DNA of 64,000 nt from a virus. Within the stretch, counting starts at the first letter, position 1, and each line of letters starts with the position of its first letter. Below, one piece after another: positions 30,235-41,214 of this stretch. The notes below the pieces were generated by a model, which worked only from the letters and a program-made list of their open reading frames with translations, did no database searches and was not told the origin of the DNA. The stretch spans positions 1-64,000 of the IMG/VR virus record IMGVR_UViG_3300012928_000001, one strand, 5' to 3'. The position numbers were made by a program, and so were the translations under genes.

Positions 30235-32645
30235 CTCGCGCCTGCCCTCGGCCTACAGTAGGCCGTGAGCATGTCCCCCACAAAGCCTGACCATCTCGCG
30301 GTCTTCCGGTCGAGCCACGCAAGCGTGCGCCGAAAATACTACGCTGTCGATCAAGGCGTGGGAGAGCTCCCCCATGTCTGCCACGACCACCCCGTGACGG
30401 GAGAGCGCCGCATCACGGAGAGCCTCGAATCGCGCGAGTTGGCCTACATCGTGTTGCATGGCTCCGCCCGAAAAACTCTGGCCCCCAAAGCGCGCGAGCG
30501 GTTGACCCTGCGCGCGCGGGCGGTCGAGCTCTGCGGCATCGAGCACACCGTGCGCACCGCGGGCGGATGGATCACGACCACGATCGTTTTCGCCGATGGC
30601 AAGTTCGAATCCGCGGAAGCCGAGTACTTCCGTGAGCAAGCTCCGAATCAACACAGTGAACAAACGGTCGTGTCATGATCAAGCCTGAGCCTCCCAGCTT
30701 TACGTACCCGCTGACTCCCGAGCACGCGCAGTCAATCGCGCGCTTTGTCCTGCACAGCTTCGAGCGAGCAACCCTGCATCCGCGTCTGGTCTCGATATTC
30801 ACCGACGGGCTCGTCGGCGCCGGAGATCTCGCCGAGATCCGCGAGCGCTTGCTAGAGCTCATGGTGGACAACATCGATCTCATCGTCACGGCTAACGGCG
30901 CGACGCTTTCCCCCGGGTCTCTCGTCAACATCAAGAAGCACCTGCGGAAAGTCCTGCGGGCCCGTGCGAGCAAAATCGATGAGGGCTTTGTGCACGATCT
31001 TCGAGTCTTGCACTGATAGCTGTGACCCGCATCGCTGCACGGCCTACAGTAGGACACCATGAGCAAGTCTCAGTTCACCTACACACTCCGCGGACGCAAG
31101 TTCCGGCGCCTGGACCCCCCAGCCATCATGGCCAAAGTCGACGGGCGCACGTGGCCGCGAAAGGTCCCGCTGCTCGACGCGGAGGACATCTACACCGGCG
31201 CCTACGCGTCCCCGGAGAACCCGGAGTGCCGGTGCCTGCTCGGCCACGCGCGGCACGTCTTCGGCGCCAAGACGGCGCGGCTCAAGGCCGTCAAGGTGGC
31301 GCTTGTCAACCGGATCCGCGACATCACCGACGCCGCCCCCGTCGGTGGAGAGTTCGGCACGATCACGAACTTCAACGACTGCTACGCGTCCCCGGGTCTC
31401 GTCGCTCGGGTGTGGAATGAGACCATGGCGGATCTCGGCTACACCCAGACCGTGAGCGCCTGATGTTCCGCAACGGCTACTACATCGTCGACAGTTCAGA
31501 CATCTACCGGCTGCCCACACTGCACACGGGCGAGTCGCTAGAGCTCGACCTCTCGAAGCCGCGCGGCTTCTACATGGTGCGCGTGATTCAGACTGCTCAG
31601 TTGCGCCACCGCAGTCAGCACGAATACCGCGAGTCCTACATCGGCGATGGCTGGGCTCAAGACTACCACGAGGTATACAGCTATCGCGCTACCATCATTC
31701 AGTCGTGCGATGAGAACACCTTCAAGGTGGCAGCAATGCTGCACCGCGGGGACAAGGTCTTTACCGACGTGCAGCTGCCCGCGGTGGTGTTCAAGCGCAA
31801 TGGGTCTCTCACGACATTTCGCACCGCCACCGGCCACGACATCATCCATCGGCATGGATTCTTGACGCCGGACCCGATCGCCCGGAGCATCGGATACTAC
31901 ATGATCAACATCGACGACATGGGAGAGATCTCCGTCGGCGACAAGATCAGCGAGACCGTGTTCATGGCTCATTACGCCATGTACCAAAAACTGGTCGGAC
32001 TCAGGATCCCTGACTACGATTCAGAGACACACAACCTCGAAGCGCGCGAGCGCATCGAGGCCGCGGGCAAGCGCAAGCAAAAGCCCGTGCAACCCAAGCC
32101 CCAACCCCAACCCCAACCCGAGATCAAAGACAACGCGGAGACCAAGCCCATGAGCAAGCCCACCGAGACCACCACCGACCCCAACCCCTTCGGCGACCTC
32201 AAAGACGCCTTCACCGAGGGCGCCAAGGATGGCACCGCCGCCGGCTTCGCCCAGATCGCCGGCAAGTCCCTGGCCCGCCACGCCGGCCGGAGCCTGGGCA
32301 TCCCCTCGACCTTCTTCGAGGGCCCGCTCGCCGCCGCCTTGCTCGGGGTCCTCGCGCCGCTCTTCATCATCGCGCTCGGGTGGCTCTGGGCCGACATGCC
32401 CCGCCGCGCGTGGCTGCTGGAGCAGAGCAACCGGGCCCTGCGCGGCGCCGCGACGCAGCACTCCGCCAAGCTCATCGAGTTCGCGGGCGGGTGGCTCGTC
32501 GAGCTCTTCTCGGCCGTCGACGGCGAGCCCCCGAAGGGCAAGGACAAGGGCAAGCCGGCCAGCGACGACATCGACGACACGGGCCCCCACGACTCGCCCA
32601 ACTGAACCTCTCGCGCAGCTCATGGATGAGCGCGAAGGCCATCGC

Positions 32646-32678
32646 AAAGAGCCGCCCACGGATGGGCGGCTCTTTTTT
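32646..32678 (+). terminator. Intrinsic terminator
   Basis: AAAGAGCCGCCC-ACGGAT-GGGCGGCTCTTT-TTT, directly upstream of a class-2 promoter. Confidence 0.8.
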
Positions 32679-32855
32679 GTGTCTCGCACTCGGTTTTGGC
32701 CTACGGTAGATCGACATGATCGAACTCTGGAATCGCTACCTGCACGACCCGACCGTGTTTGTGGAATACACATTCTGCGGCGGTCTGATCTTGGTCTTTG
32801 TCGCCTGCGCGCTGCGGTCGGCCTGGGTCGAGCTACTCAAAAAGGCGGGGTGGTG

Positions 32856-33308
32856 ATGGCTGACCTGCTCGTCGAGGTCACCACGGCGCCCCAGGCCCCG
32901 ACCAAGGGCACGCCGCTCGCCGCTGGGTGGGACTGCTACGCGCCCACCCCCGGCTGCGTCCGGCCGGGCGAGACCGCCGTCATTCCGCTGGGGATCAAGC
33001 TGGCCCCCTCGATCGGCCTGACCCGCGACACGGCGCACGGCCACGACTTCATGGTCGAGCTGCGCGGGCGGTCGAGCCTCGCCGCTCAGGGCGTCCTGAC
33101 GCACGTCGGGACCATCGACGCGGACTACCGCGGCGAGGTCTCGGCCATCGTCACCAACCTCGGCGGCGCCCCCTTCGAGTGGCGCCGCGGCGACCGGGTC
33201 TGCCAGCTCGTCGTGGTCCCGCTGATCCCCGTCGAGATGCGCCGCGTCGAGCGAGTCGAGGCCGACACGGAGCGCGGCGACGGAGCCATGGGGAGCACGG
33301 GACGATGA
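32856..33308 (+). CDS. dut: dUTPase (trimeric type)
   Basis: AAGWDC, GRSSLA, GTIDADYRGEV, GDRVCQL, TERGDGAMGSTG: all five motifs. Confidence 0.95.
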   Translation: MADLLVEVTTAPQAPTKGTPLAAGWDCYAPTPGCVRPGETAVIPLGIKLAPSIGLTRDTAHGHDFMVELRGRSSLAAQGVLTHVGTIDADYRGEVSAIVTNLGGAPFEWRRGDRVCQLVVVPLIPVEMRRVERVEADTERGDGAMGSTGR

Positions 33309-33873
33309 GCGACCCGACGGCGCCCTCGAAGCTGCCCGAGACCTACGCGCCCCACTCCAGCCCCGCCCGCGCGTGGCGGCTCCTGGAGTGGCACGCCCGC
33401 GGGCGCCTGCTCGTGCACGGGGCCGAGGCCTATCGCTGCATGCACGGCGACGGCTACGATCTCAAAGACGTGATCAAGGCCATGGTCGAGGCCAAGATCC
33501 TGGTCCCGTGCAAGGTCGACTTGACCGGCACCGCGACGTTCCGCGGCGGACGTTTGGCGTTGCAGTTCAAGAGCCCAAAGCACATCGCCAAGGCGCCATG
33601 GTGCACCGACCATGCAACTTTCTGGACCTACACGCCCGGCAACCCGGTACCGATGATCTCGCCGCACACGCCCACGCGGGCGCAACGAATCGAGGCCTAC
33701 GAACGCGCCACCGAGCAAGCCCTCTCCGTGCGTGACGCGTGCAAGCTGCTCAACCTCTCCGTGGTCCCCACCCAAGTGCAGCCGCACTCGCGTGCGGTGA
33801 TCCTGGACGCGGCATCCATCGAGCACGCGGAGGGCACCCCGTCGATGTTGTGGGAGTGGCTCCGGGGCGGGAA

Positions 33874-34959
33874 GTGATCCGCGACGCCGCGACCTTTTGG
33901 TACTGCTTCGGCAGGCTCCCCGATCACCGAAAGCGGATGGTCGGGGAGCTCGCTGCTAGGGGCCGGGTTGAGTGGTCGCTACAGCGCGACTTTCTTGGCG
34001 ACCATTTCGGCGTTGAGGTTGTCTCTCGCGGGTCGGTGATTAGTGCGGTGCTCATCATCGAAGCGTCCCCACTACTGCGCGAGCTGTCCGATCAAGTCTT
34101 GACCATGATCGCAGTACTCGACTCGTGACTCGCATGCTCGATCGGCCTACGGTAGATCGATGGCAAAGCCCGCCATAGCACTACGCATACGTCGCACCCT
34201 GATTGTGCTCGGCCAAGGCGGCGAGCTGCGCGAGATAATCCGCCTCCCGAAAGACACCTACAGGCGCAGCGCCAACATAGCGTATTCGTTCTACGGCAAA
34301 GATAGGACGCTGAACACCTACGCGCTTTTTCTGGACGGCAACCCGTACGCATTCAAGGGCAAGCCGATAGAGCTCGGCCACAAAGTGCTCAGCATCTTGC
34401 TCGAACTGGACCTGATCACGAACGAATGGCCAGAGTTTGCGTGCTCGAAAACCTACGTGATTTCAGATGCCGGGCGGGCCCTCATCGAGGCGACCAACAT
34501 GGACGTGATCGACGCGGTGAAACAGCTATGACCAAAGGACCCACAAAGAAAGATCGAAAGGCTCGGGCCCTGCGCAAGCGATTGCAGGGTCTACCGGATG
34601 ATCATATCATGGTACTGGGCGGGCTGCTGGCATGGTATCCCGTGCTGTTGCCTGAGTCGGCGGGCACTGTTGCCGAGGCCCATGAGTACCTGACGCGCGG
34701 GTACTCGCCCATTTGCTGGCCCCACTACAAGACCTCGCTCGGTGCGCTGTTCTCCCGAAATCTGTTGACTCTCGCACGGTGGACTGTCGAATATAGGTTC
34801 GACGATTGGACCACAAAAGAGCGGCGCTTTTCAGTTGAGCTATGCGATGATTTGGCCGAACTGGCGAAAGCGCGTAACTTCGATGTGCTGTTTGCAATCA
34901 AGCATGGAGAGTCACGCGACGGCGTGAGCAGGTACATGGAGAGTCACGCGACGGCGTGA
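33874..34959 (+). CDS. Three further paralogs of the wHTH/C-terminal-helix family (33874-34128, 34160-34531, 34528-34959)
   Basis: YVISDAGRALIEATNMDVIDAV; NFDVLFAIK; VLTMIAVLDS. Confidence 0.5.
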
Positions 34960-34966
34960 GCAGGTA
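34903..34966 (+). repeat. Exact 32-bp tandem duplication
   Basis: CATGGAGAGTCACGCGACGGCGTGAGCAGGTA x2, followed by CAT. Confidence 0.95.
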
Positions 34967-35231
34967 CATTGGGAAAACGGCCGTACGATGATCGCAACAT
35001 GGGACCAAGCGCGCGCGACCTTTGAACACATGATGGATTTGCGCGAGCAGATGGCCGCCGTCAAAGCGGTGATTGCTGATCTCTACTTTTGGGAGTGGCG
35101 CGAACGCAGACGGCTCAATGCGCAACTGAACCGGCTAGCCGGTTTGGAAGCGGAATGCGCACGCATGTATTGGTGGTCGATCCGTCAGCTTACCGTGTGA
35201 CTAGCAGGTCTATTCGGCCTACAGTCATTCG

Positions 35232-36014
35232 ATGCTGATTCACCCAAAACTGATCATACCCCTCCTGATAGCTAGCCTCGCGGGCTGTGTCATCGACGAT
35301 GGCACGACGCCTTGCGAGGAATCGGCCGACGAAGACGGGGGCGACGAGAACGGCGAAGAGGGAGCGACGTGCGAGGCTCTGATCATGCCCGAGTACACCC
35401 GTAACGGGTACATGTACTGCGGGCAATCGGAGTCTCTCGGCGAGCACCTTCCCGATGGCACGGTCACGGCCTACGGCGTGACCGACTACGTCTTCGAGAC
35501 GAGCACGCACACCCAGACGATGCTCTGGGATTACGTGGATCTCAACTGGCAATCGCCAGACCCGTGGTCGGCCGAGTACAACGCCTATGTGCAGTTGCCG
35601 GGCGTCGTCTCGCACACCGTGCTCGGGCAAGAGTACATGGCCTTCATGTCGCGCGGTTGCTGCCCGCAACGCGTGATCGAAGGTTGGTACGGCGACCCGC
35701 TGCCCAACGCCGCGTGCAGCGGCGGGCACCAACTCAACGACACGCCGATGGCGTGGTGCCTCGACCTGCTCGACGGCACCGACTCGGGTGCGTGCGTGTA
35801 CCCGTGCGACGACGATCTCGACTGCCCCAACCCCGCGCAAGAGTTCTGCGACACGACCGTCCAGGACTTCTACGGCACCGCCGCGGGCGTGTGTCGCTAC
35901 GATGCGACGTGGCAGGTTCCCACGTCGCTGGAGATGATCGGCGACCCGATGCCCCCGCCCCCGCCCTCGCCCGAGGGCCAGCCTTCCACCCACACCCCCA
36001 ACGTCAACCGCTGA
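35232..36014 (+). CDS. Cys-rich lipoprotein, myxobacterial style
   Basis: LAGC lipobox, acidic linker, GACVYPCDDDLDCP...FC...GVC motif. Confidence 0.7.
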   Translation: MLIHPKLIIPLLIASLAGCVIDDGTTPCEESADEDGGDENGEEGATCEALIMPEYTRNGYMYCGQSESLGEHLPDGTVTAYGVTDYVFETSTHTQTMLWDYVDLNWQSPDPWSAEYNAYVQLPGVVSHTVLGQEYMAFMSRGCCPQRVIEGWYGDPLPNAACSGGHQLNDTPMAWCLDLLDGTDSGACVYPCDDDLDCPNPAQEFCDTTVQDFYGTAAGVCRYDATWQVPTSLEMIGDPMPPPPPSPEGQPSTHTPNVNR

Positions 36015-36025
36015 CCCACAAGCCC

Positions 36026-37837
36026 ATGAACACGACCAAGACCAAGATCAAGCTTCGCCTCGCCGCGCTCCTGCTCGGCCTCCCCATCGCCGCGTGCGGC
36101 GTCCTGGAGGGCGAGCAGAACGACGGACAGATCGGCGACGACGACATCGGAGCCGCCGACGAGGTGGGCGACGAGGCCGACGGCGGCGACGAGTGGAACG
36201 AGCCCGAGCCCGTGGTCGACCACGGCGTCGCTGACTTCTGCGTCGAGCGGGTGCAGGACCACACGGAGAACGGGACCTACTTCGTCCCCGGCGCCGAGCA
36301 GATCGCAGACCACGAGCGCTGGGCGACGCACATCGGGCGGACCTACGATGGCCACTTGTCGATCAAGGACAAGCCCTCGCCCAAGCAAGTTCCGCTCATG
36401 TGCCCCATCGACTGGCCGCACTTCGAGGACTACGCCGGACAGGCGCTCAAGGATGGCGGCTCGCCGTCCTGCCTGAACGCGAACTACCACTTGCAACTCC
36501 CCTTCCTCGGGTTCTCGGACTGGTCCGATCCGGGCTACCGCGTGCACGGCTACAGCCGCGACATCATGGTGTCCACGATCGGCAACCCGCCCGAGAGCGG
36601 TCGGCACACGCTCATGGACGTGGGGTGCTGCGCGGTCCCGCCGACCGAGCTCGAACTCGACTCGCCGACGTGGCATCCCGTCGTGTCGACCTACGGGCTG
36701 ACGGCCTTCGCCGGCAAGCCCGATGCCGACTGTGCGGCCTACGTCGGTTCGGTGGGCGTGCACAGCGACGCGGAGGGCTACCCGGCCTTGTACGCGCCGG
36801 CCGAGAACATCTCGGGCGTGATGACGTTCTCGACGTGCAACAACTCGACGAGTTACGACGGGATTCACGATGCGATGTTCGGCGCGCTCAAGATCGGCGC
36901 CCCGATCCACTTCCACCCGACGCGCTCGGCGGACCAGGCCCCGATCAACCTCAACTATGAGTATATGGTGAAGTTCAACACCTTCTCGTGGGAGGACTTC
37001 GCCGCCTTCGGGCCGATCATCGACGGCGCGATCAAGTGGCTGATCGGCAAGCTGTACTTGCCCCCGGGCGAGGAGGACTACCCCCACGCCCGCATGCGCG
37101 CGGGCGGGTTCTGTCACTTCCCGGTGGCGCTGCGTTGGTCCAACAGCAGCAACACGATCGGGGCGCGCTTCACCTGCCCGCTCGGCTACTACGCGGATTT
37201 CCCCAACTTCTACGTGGCCGAGGAGACCACGCAAATCAACGGCGTGGTCGGGACGTGTCGTCTCGACGGCGGCGAGTACGGGAGCGGCTCCGGCTTCGCT
37301 CCCCAAGGCCGCGTGGTCGACTACATCGACGGGCACAACAGCGGCTTCGGGCAGGTCGGGCAGGGCGGGGCCTACTACGTCGTGTCGGACCCGGCCAAGC
37401 TCGGCGAGCTCTTCGAGGCCGCCGAGGGCGACGGGCGCATCGGCCCCGAGCTCGCCCAGCTGCTCTCGGCCGTCGACGCCGACGGGAGCGAGCTCGACGT
37501 GGTGAGCGAGAACGCGGCGATCGAGTGGTGGAGCTCGCCCCACCGCGCCGACCCGCAGCCCATCGCCGACGCCCTCGTGCAGACCTTCGAGTATGACCTC
37601 GACGCGCTGCTGGCCGAGGGCATCGACGCCGACGATGCCAAGCGCTGGGCGGACGGCCCGATCCAGCGGCTCTCTGAGCTCGTCGAGGGCCTGCCCGAGC
37701 ACCTCGCCGACCGCTCGACCGTGACGCTGCGGGAGCACCACACGTGGCACCTGCGCGTCCGCGATCGGGTCGACGGCCAAGAGGTGATCAAGTTCCTCCA
37801 CTTCGTGGAGAACCCGAACCTCGACAACCCCGAGTGA
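36026..37837 (+). CDS. Large Cys-containing lipoprotein (603 aa)
   Basis: ATG 36026, MNTTKTKIKLRLAALLLGLPIAAC lipobox, acidic GDDDIGAADEVGDEADGGDE linker. Confidence 0.7.
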   Translation: MNTTKTKIKLRLAALLLGLPIAACGVLEGEQNDGQIGDDDIGAADEVGDEADGGDEWNEPEPVVDHGVADFCVERVQDHTENGTYFVPGAEQIADHERWATHIGRTYDGHLSIKDKPSPKQVPLMCPIDWPHFEDYAGQALKDGGSPSCLNANYHLQLPFLGFSDWSDPGYRVHGYSRDIMVSTIGNPPESGRHTLMDVGCCAVPPTELELDSPTWHPVVSTYGLTAFAGKPDADCAAYVGSVGVHSDAEGYPALYAPAENISGVMTFSTCNNSTSYDGIHDAMFGALKIGAPIHFHPTRSADQAPINLNYEYMVKFNTFSWEDFAAFGPIIDGAIKWLIGKLYLPPGEEDYPHARMRAGGFCHFPVALRWSNSSNTIGARFTCPLGYYADFPNFYVAEETTQINGVVGTCRLDGGEYGSGSGFAPQGRVVDYIDGHNSGFGQVGQGGAYYVVSDPAKLGELFEAAEGDGRIGPELAQLLSAVDADGSELDVVSENAAIEWWSSPHRADPQPIADALVQTFEYDLDALLAEGIDADDAKRWADGPIQRLSELVEGLPEHLADRSTVTLREHHTWHLRVRDRVDGQEVIKFLHFVENPNLDNPE

Positions 37838-37842
37838 TCCGA

Positions 37843-37870
37843 AGGGCCCGCGAGAGCGGGCCCTTTTTCT
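37843..37870 (+). terminator. Intrinsic terminator
   Basis: AGGGCCCGC-GAGA-GCGGGCCCT-TTTT; a near-identical hairpin follows the tail tube gene (62705-62733). Confidence 0.8.
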
Positions 37871-37907
37871 GTGACTTGCACTCGTCTACGGCCTACGGTA
37901 GGGCACC

Positions 37908-38177
37908 ATGCCCAAAGACCCCAAGACCAAGACCAAACCCCGCCTCGACCTCAAAGACAAGGCCTTGATCACCGGCGTCGTGATGTCGCTGATCGCCGGG
38001 CTCTGTCTCTTGCTGATCCCCAGTCTCGTGTGGTCCGTGATGACGTACATCATCATCGCCCTCATCGGGATGAGCTTTCCGCACATGTACAACATGCGGA
38101 ACGCGACCAACCTCGCCCTGGTCATCGACCTGCTGTTTCTGCTCGCGTGGGCCCTCTTGCAGGTCCAGCAAAACTAG
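37908..38177 (+). CDS. Small multi-pass membrane protein
   Basis: Three hydrophobic segments in 89 aa; own class-2 promoter. Confidence 0.65.
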   Translation: MPKDPKTKTKPRLDLKDKALITGVVMSLIAGLCLLLIPSLVWSVMTYIIIALIGMSFPHMYNMRNATNLALVIDLLFLLAWALLQVQQN

Positions 38178-38211
38178 CTGTGACTCGCAGGCCCGAGCGG
38201 CCTACAGTAGG

Positions 38212-38346
38212 GTGCCCGGATGGTCCGGGCATGCGCGCCGAGTTCAAAAAACTTTGGCGAGTGGAGGGCTCGGCGCGTTTCGGGGAGAAGTCGCAAGACA
38301 CCCAACGAACCCCGGAGATCGGTGGATCTCCGGGGTTCACCTTTTG
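38212..38346 (+). ncRNA. Candidate sRNA 3
   Basis: Class-2 promoter at 38179; stems GTGCCCGGA/TCCGGGCAT and GCGCGCCGAG/CTCGGCGCGT; terminator GAACCCCGGAGATC/GATCTCCGGGGTTC + ACCTTTTG. Confidence 0.6.
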
Positions 38347-38363
38347 TGTGCTACCATGATTAG

Positions 38364-39098
38364 ATGCGCTACGTAGGCGGCAAGACTCGGATCGCAAAAG
38401 AGCTCACCCCGTTCATCCTCGCGGCGGCCAAGAAAGCTGGCACATCGACGATCATCGAGCCCTTTTGCGGGGGCCTGGGCATGACGTGCGCACTCGTGAA
38501 AGCGTCGCCGTTCGTTCGCGTCGAGGCCAGTGATTACGCGCCCGGACTCATCACGCTCTATCGCAGCATCCGCGCCGGATGGAAGCCGCCCACCGATCTA
38601 GACAAAGCGCAGTGGGCGGAGCTCAAAAAGCGCGCGGGCGAAGATCACCGCCTAGTTGCATTCGCGGGGTTCGGGTGCAGCTTCAATGGGATCTACTTTT
38701 GCGGGTACGGGACCGAAAAGTTCCCCGGACAGGCCGCGCGAGGGCTCCGCAAAAAGCTCGACATCTGCACGCCCAAGCGGGTCACCCTAGAGTCCCGCAG
38801 CTATGCGGACATCGAGGTCACCGGCCCGTGTGTGATCTACTGCGATCCGCCCTATCGTGGCTGTGACCGCGACTCCTATCGCGCCCTGCACGGCACCCCA
38901 CACGAGCGATTCGACAGCGACGCGTTTTGGGAGTGGGCTCGCGTGTGCGCGGACAAGGGCGCGCATGTGCTCGTGAGCGAGTACGTAGGCCCGGACTGGG
39001 CGCGCGTACTGTGGCAGCGCGAGATCGTCTCCATGACCGGGAATCACAACGGTAAGGGCGACAAGGCAACCGAGAGGTTGTTTTACGTCGCGCCTTGA
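38364..39098 (+). CDS. DNA adenine methyltransferase (Dam/D12 class)
   Basis: MRYVGGK, EPFCGG, IYCDPPY, VLVSEY motifs. Confidence 0.9.
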   Translation: MRYVGGKTRIAKELTPFILAAAKKAGTSTIIEPFCGGLGMTCALVKASPFVRVEASDYAPGLITLYRSIRAGWKPPTDLDKAQWAELKKRAGEDHRLVAFAGFGCSFNGIYFCGYGTEKFPGQAARGLRKKLDICTPKRVTLESRSYADIEVTGPCVIYCDPPYRGCDRDSYRALHGTPHERFDSDAFWEWARVCADKGAHVLVSEYVGPDWARVLWQREIVSMTGNHNGKGDKATERLFYVAP

Positions 39099-40639
39099 TT
39101 CATGCTGGTCCCACCATGGGCGTACCAAAAGAGCAATTCGATGAATGGGTAGAGATCCCCTGGACGTTTCCCGAGGACACCATGTGTTGGGACGGCGACC
39201 GAGGTGGGACGGCGCCGCTACTCCTCGAAGACTATCAGCGGCAGTTCATGGACTGTCCGGCGAAGTATCGGGGTGTGAACAAATCGCGCCAGGTGGGGTA
39301 CTCATTCGTGTTCGCGGTCGAGTCGCTCACTCGGGCGATCATGGACCCCGGCCACACGTCGATGTTTGTCAGCTACAACCTCGACGACGCGCGAGAGAAG
39401 ATCACGATCATCCACAAGCTGCTCGATCTCAGCCCGGCGCTGCACGGTCTCGCTGATTTCGACGCGCTGAAAAATGACGTGAAAGTGAAGCCCAAGTGGG
39501 CGCGCAAGTGGTCGCTGATTCGGTCCCTCCCGTGCAGGCCCGTGCGAGGAAAGACCAAGGCTGATCTGTACCTCGACGAGATCGCCCACTATCAGGACGC
39601 AGAGCAGGTCTATCTCGGCAGCGCGCCCGCGACCGTGCGCTCCCTGACCGGTGGACAGATCACCGTTGCCAGTACCCCGAACGGGCGTGCTGGCATTTTC
39701 TGGGAGTGCATCGAGGGCCCGCGCTCGCGCCCGTACTGGAAGCAAAACGTCCCGTGGTGGGAGAGCCGGTATCTGTGCAGCGATGTCGAGCTCGCGCGCC
39801 GCGAGGCCGGGCTCATGACCACGGACGCGCGCATCTCAAAGTTCGCGCTGCCCAACCTCGTCGAGCTCTACGATGGCATGGCGCTGATCGACTTCCAGCA
39901 GGAATTCGAATGCGATTTTGTCGACGATGGATCGTCATACTTCCCGATGGACCTTCTCAACAAGAACGTCTGTCGGGATCGCCGATTGTGCCGAGATTTT
40001 GATGAGGTCTTGGAGAAGCGCCACCCCAAGGGCCAGCTTTTCGCCGGGGTCGACATCGGGCGATTCAAGGACACCACCGAAGTGGTGATTCTCGATCGGT
40101 GGCCTACGGAAAGCGCGTCAACGGGGTACGCCTATAGCCCGATGATGGTCATGACCATGGACCGCGTGAACACTCAGGAGCAAGGCGACCGGCTAGAGAC
40201 GCTCTTGAAGCATCCTGCGATTGAGCGGCTCTGGATCGACACTACTGGCATTGGTCTCGCCATCGGCGAGCGCCTGCGCAACGCCTTCCCTCGCAAGGTT
40301 GTGGGCGTCATGTTCACGACCCCGAGTAAAGAGCTCATGTGCGTGCTAGCTCGGCGCTCGTTCGAAAGGCTACTCGTCGACTTGCCTGATCCCGAGCACG
40401 AGGACAGCCGCGCCGGCCGTGAGGCCCGACTGTTCATCGATCACATCCACTCGATCAAGCGCCACGCGGGGACGGGCCGGCACGCTCGCTATGAGGCCGA
40501 GAGCACGACACACCACGGCGATCAGTTCTGGGCCTTTGCGCTCGTCATGCTGTGCGCCCATGAGGACCTGAAACCGCGACGCGATACGGCAACCCTGCGA
40601 GACGTTATCGACGTTTCGCTAGAGGCGAGTTTGGTATGA
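39095..40639 (+). CDS. terL: Terminase large subunit
   Basis: KSRQVGYS (Walker A), LYLDE (Walker B), ASTPNG, nuclease GVDIGRFKD, IDTTGIG, HGDQFWA. Start may be ATG 39116. Confidence 0.93.
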   Translation: MIHAGPTMGVPKEQFDEWVEIPWTFPEDTMCWDGDRGGTAPLLLEDYQRQFMDCPAKYRGVNKSRQVGYSFVFAVESLTRAIMDPGHTSMFVSYNLDDAREKITIIHKLLDLSPALHGLADFDALKNDVKVKPKWARKWSLIRSLPCRPVRGKTKADLYLDEIAHYQDAEQVYLGSAPATVRSLTGGQITVASTPNGRAGIFWECIEGPRSRPYWKQNVPWWESRYLCSDVELARREAGLMTTDARISKFALPNLVELYDGMALIDFQQEFECDFVDDGSSYFPMDLLNKNVCRDRRLCRDFDEVLEKRHPKGQLFAGVDIGRFKDTTEVVILDRWPTESASTGYAYSPMMVMTMDRVNTQEQGDRLETLLKHPAIERLWIDTTGIGLAIGERLRNAFPRKVVGVMFTTPSKELMCVLARRSFERLLVDLPDPEHEDSRAGREARLFIDHIHSIKRHAGTGRHARYEAESTTHHGDQFWAFALVMLCAHEDLKPRRDTATLRDVIDVSLEASLV

Positions 40640-41214
40640 GCAAACGGAACATCAACGCACTGATTGAAAAGCGCTACCAACAGCACGTCGCCGCGGCGCG
40701 CAAGCGCAATGGGGGCAAGTCGCTGACGCCGATAGAGCAATCGAAGCTGCGCCAATTCGCCGAGCTCGACGTGCTCGGAACCGATCGCACGTCACTCGCC
40801 GACTACGACAAGGAGCAGGCCGAGAAACGGCGTCACGAGCAAGTGGTCAGCGATTTGAAGCGCGACGAAGCGCGCGAGGTGTTCGAGGCCCGGCGACTGC
40901 TGGAGCTTTTTCCTGACGATCCATTGTGACTCGCATTGCTGGCCAGCCTACAGTCGAGCATGGAGAACGCGATCCCCGATCGACTGTACACACTCGCGCA
41001 AGCTGGCCTCGCTACCGACGACCCCGATTCAGGGCTAGAAGTCACGTTTGAGCTGCGCCGCGGCATCACGGAGCAGGCCGCGAGCGGCTACTTGACCCCG
41101 TGGCGCCTCGCGGGGTGGCGCGTGCACGTGGCCATGCGCCGCAAGCGAGTTCGCGTCACCCTCGACGGGCGGCTCCCCCGTGCGCCCCGTTGCCGGCTCG
41201 TGTAAGCTCGCCTC

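Noticed and set aside
37908-38177. Holin call
   Set aside because: Membrane topology fits, but there is no adjacent endolysin and it has its own class-2 promoter.
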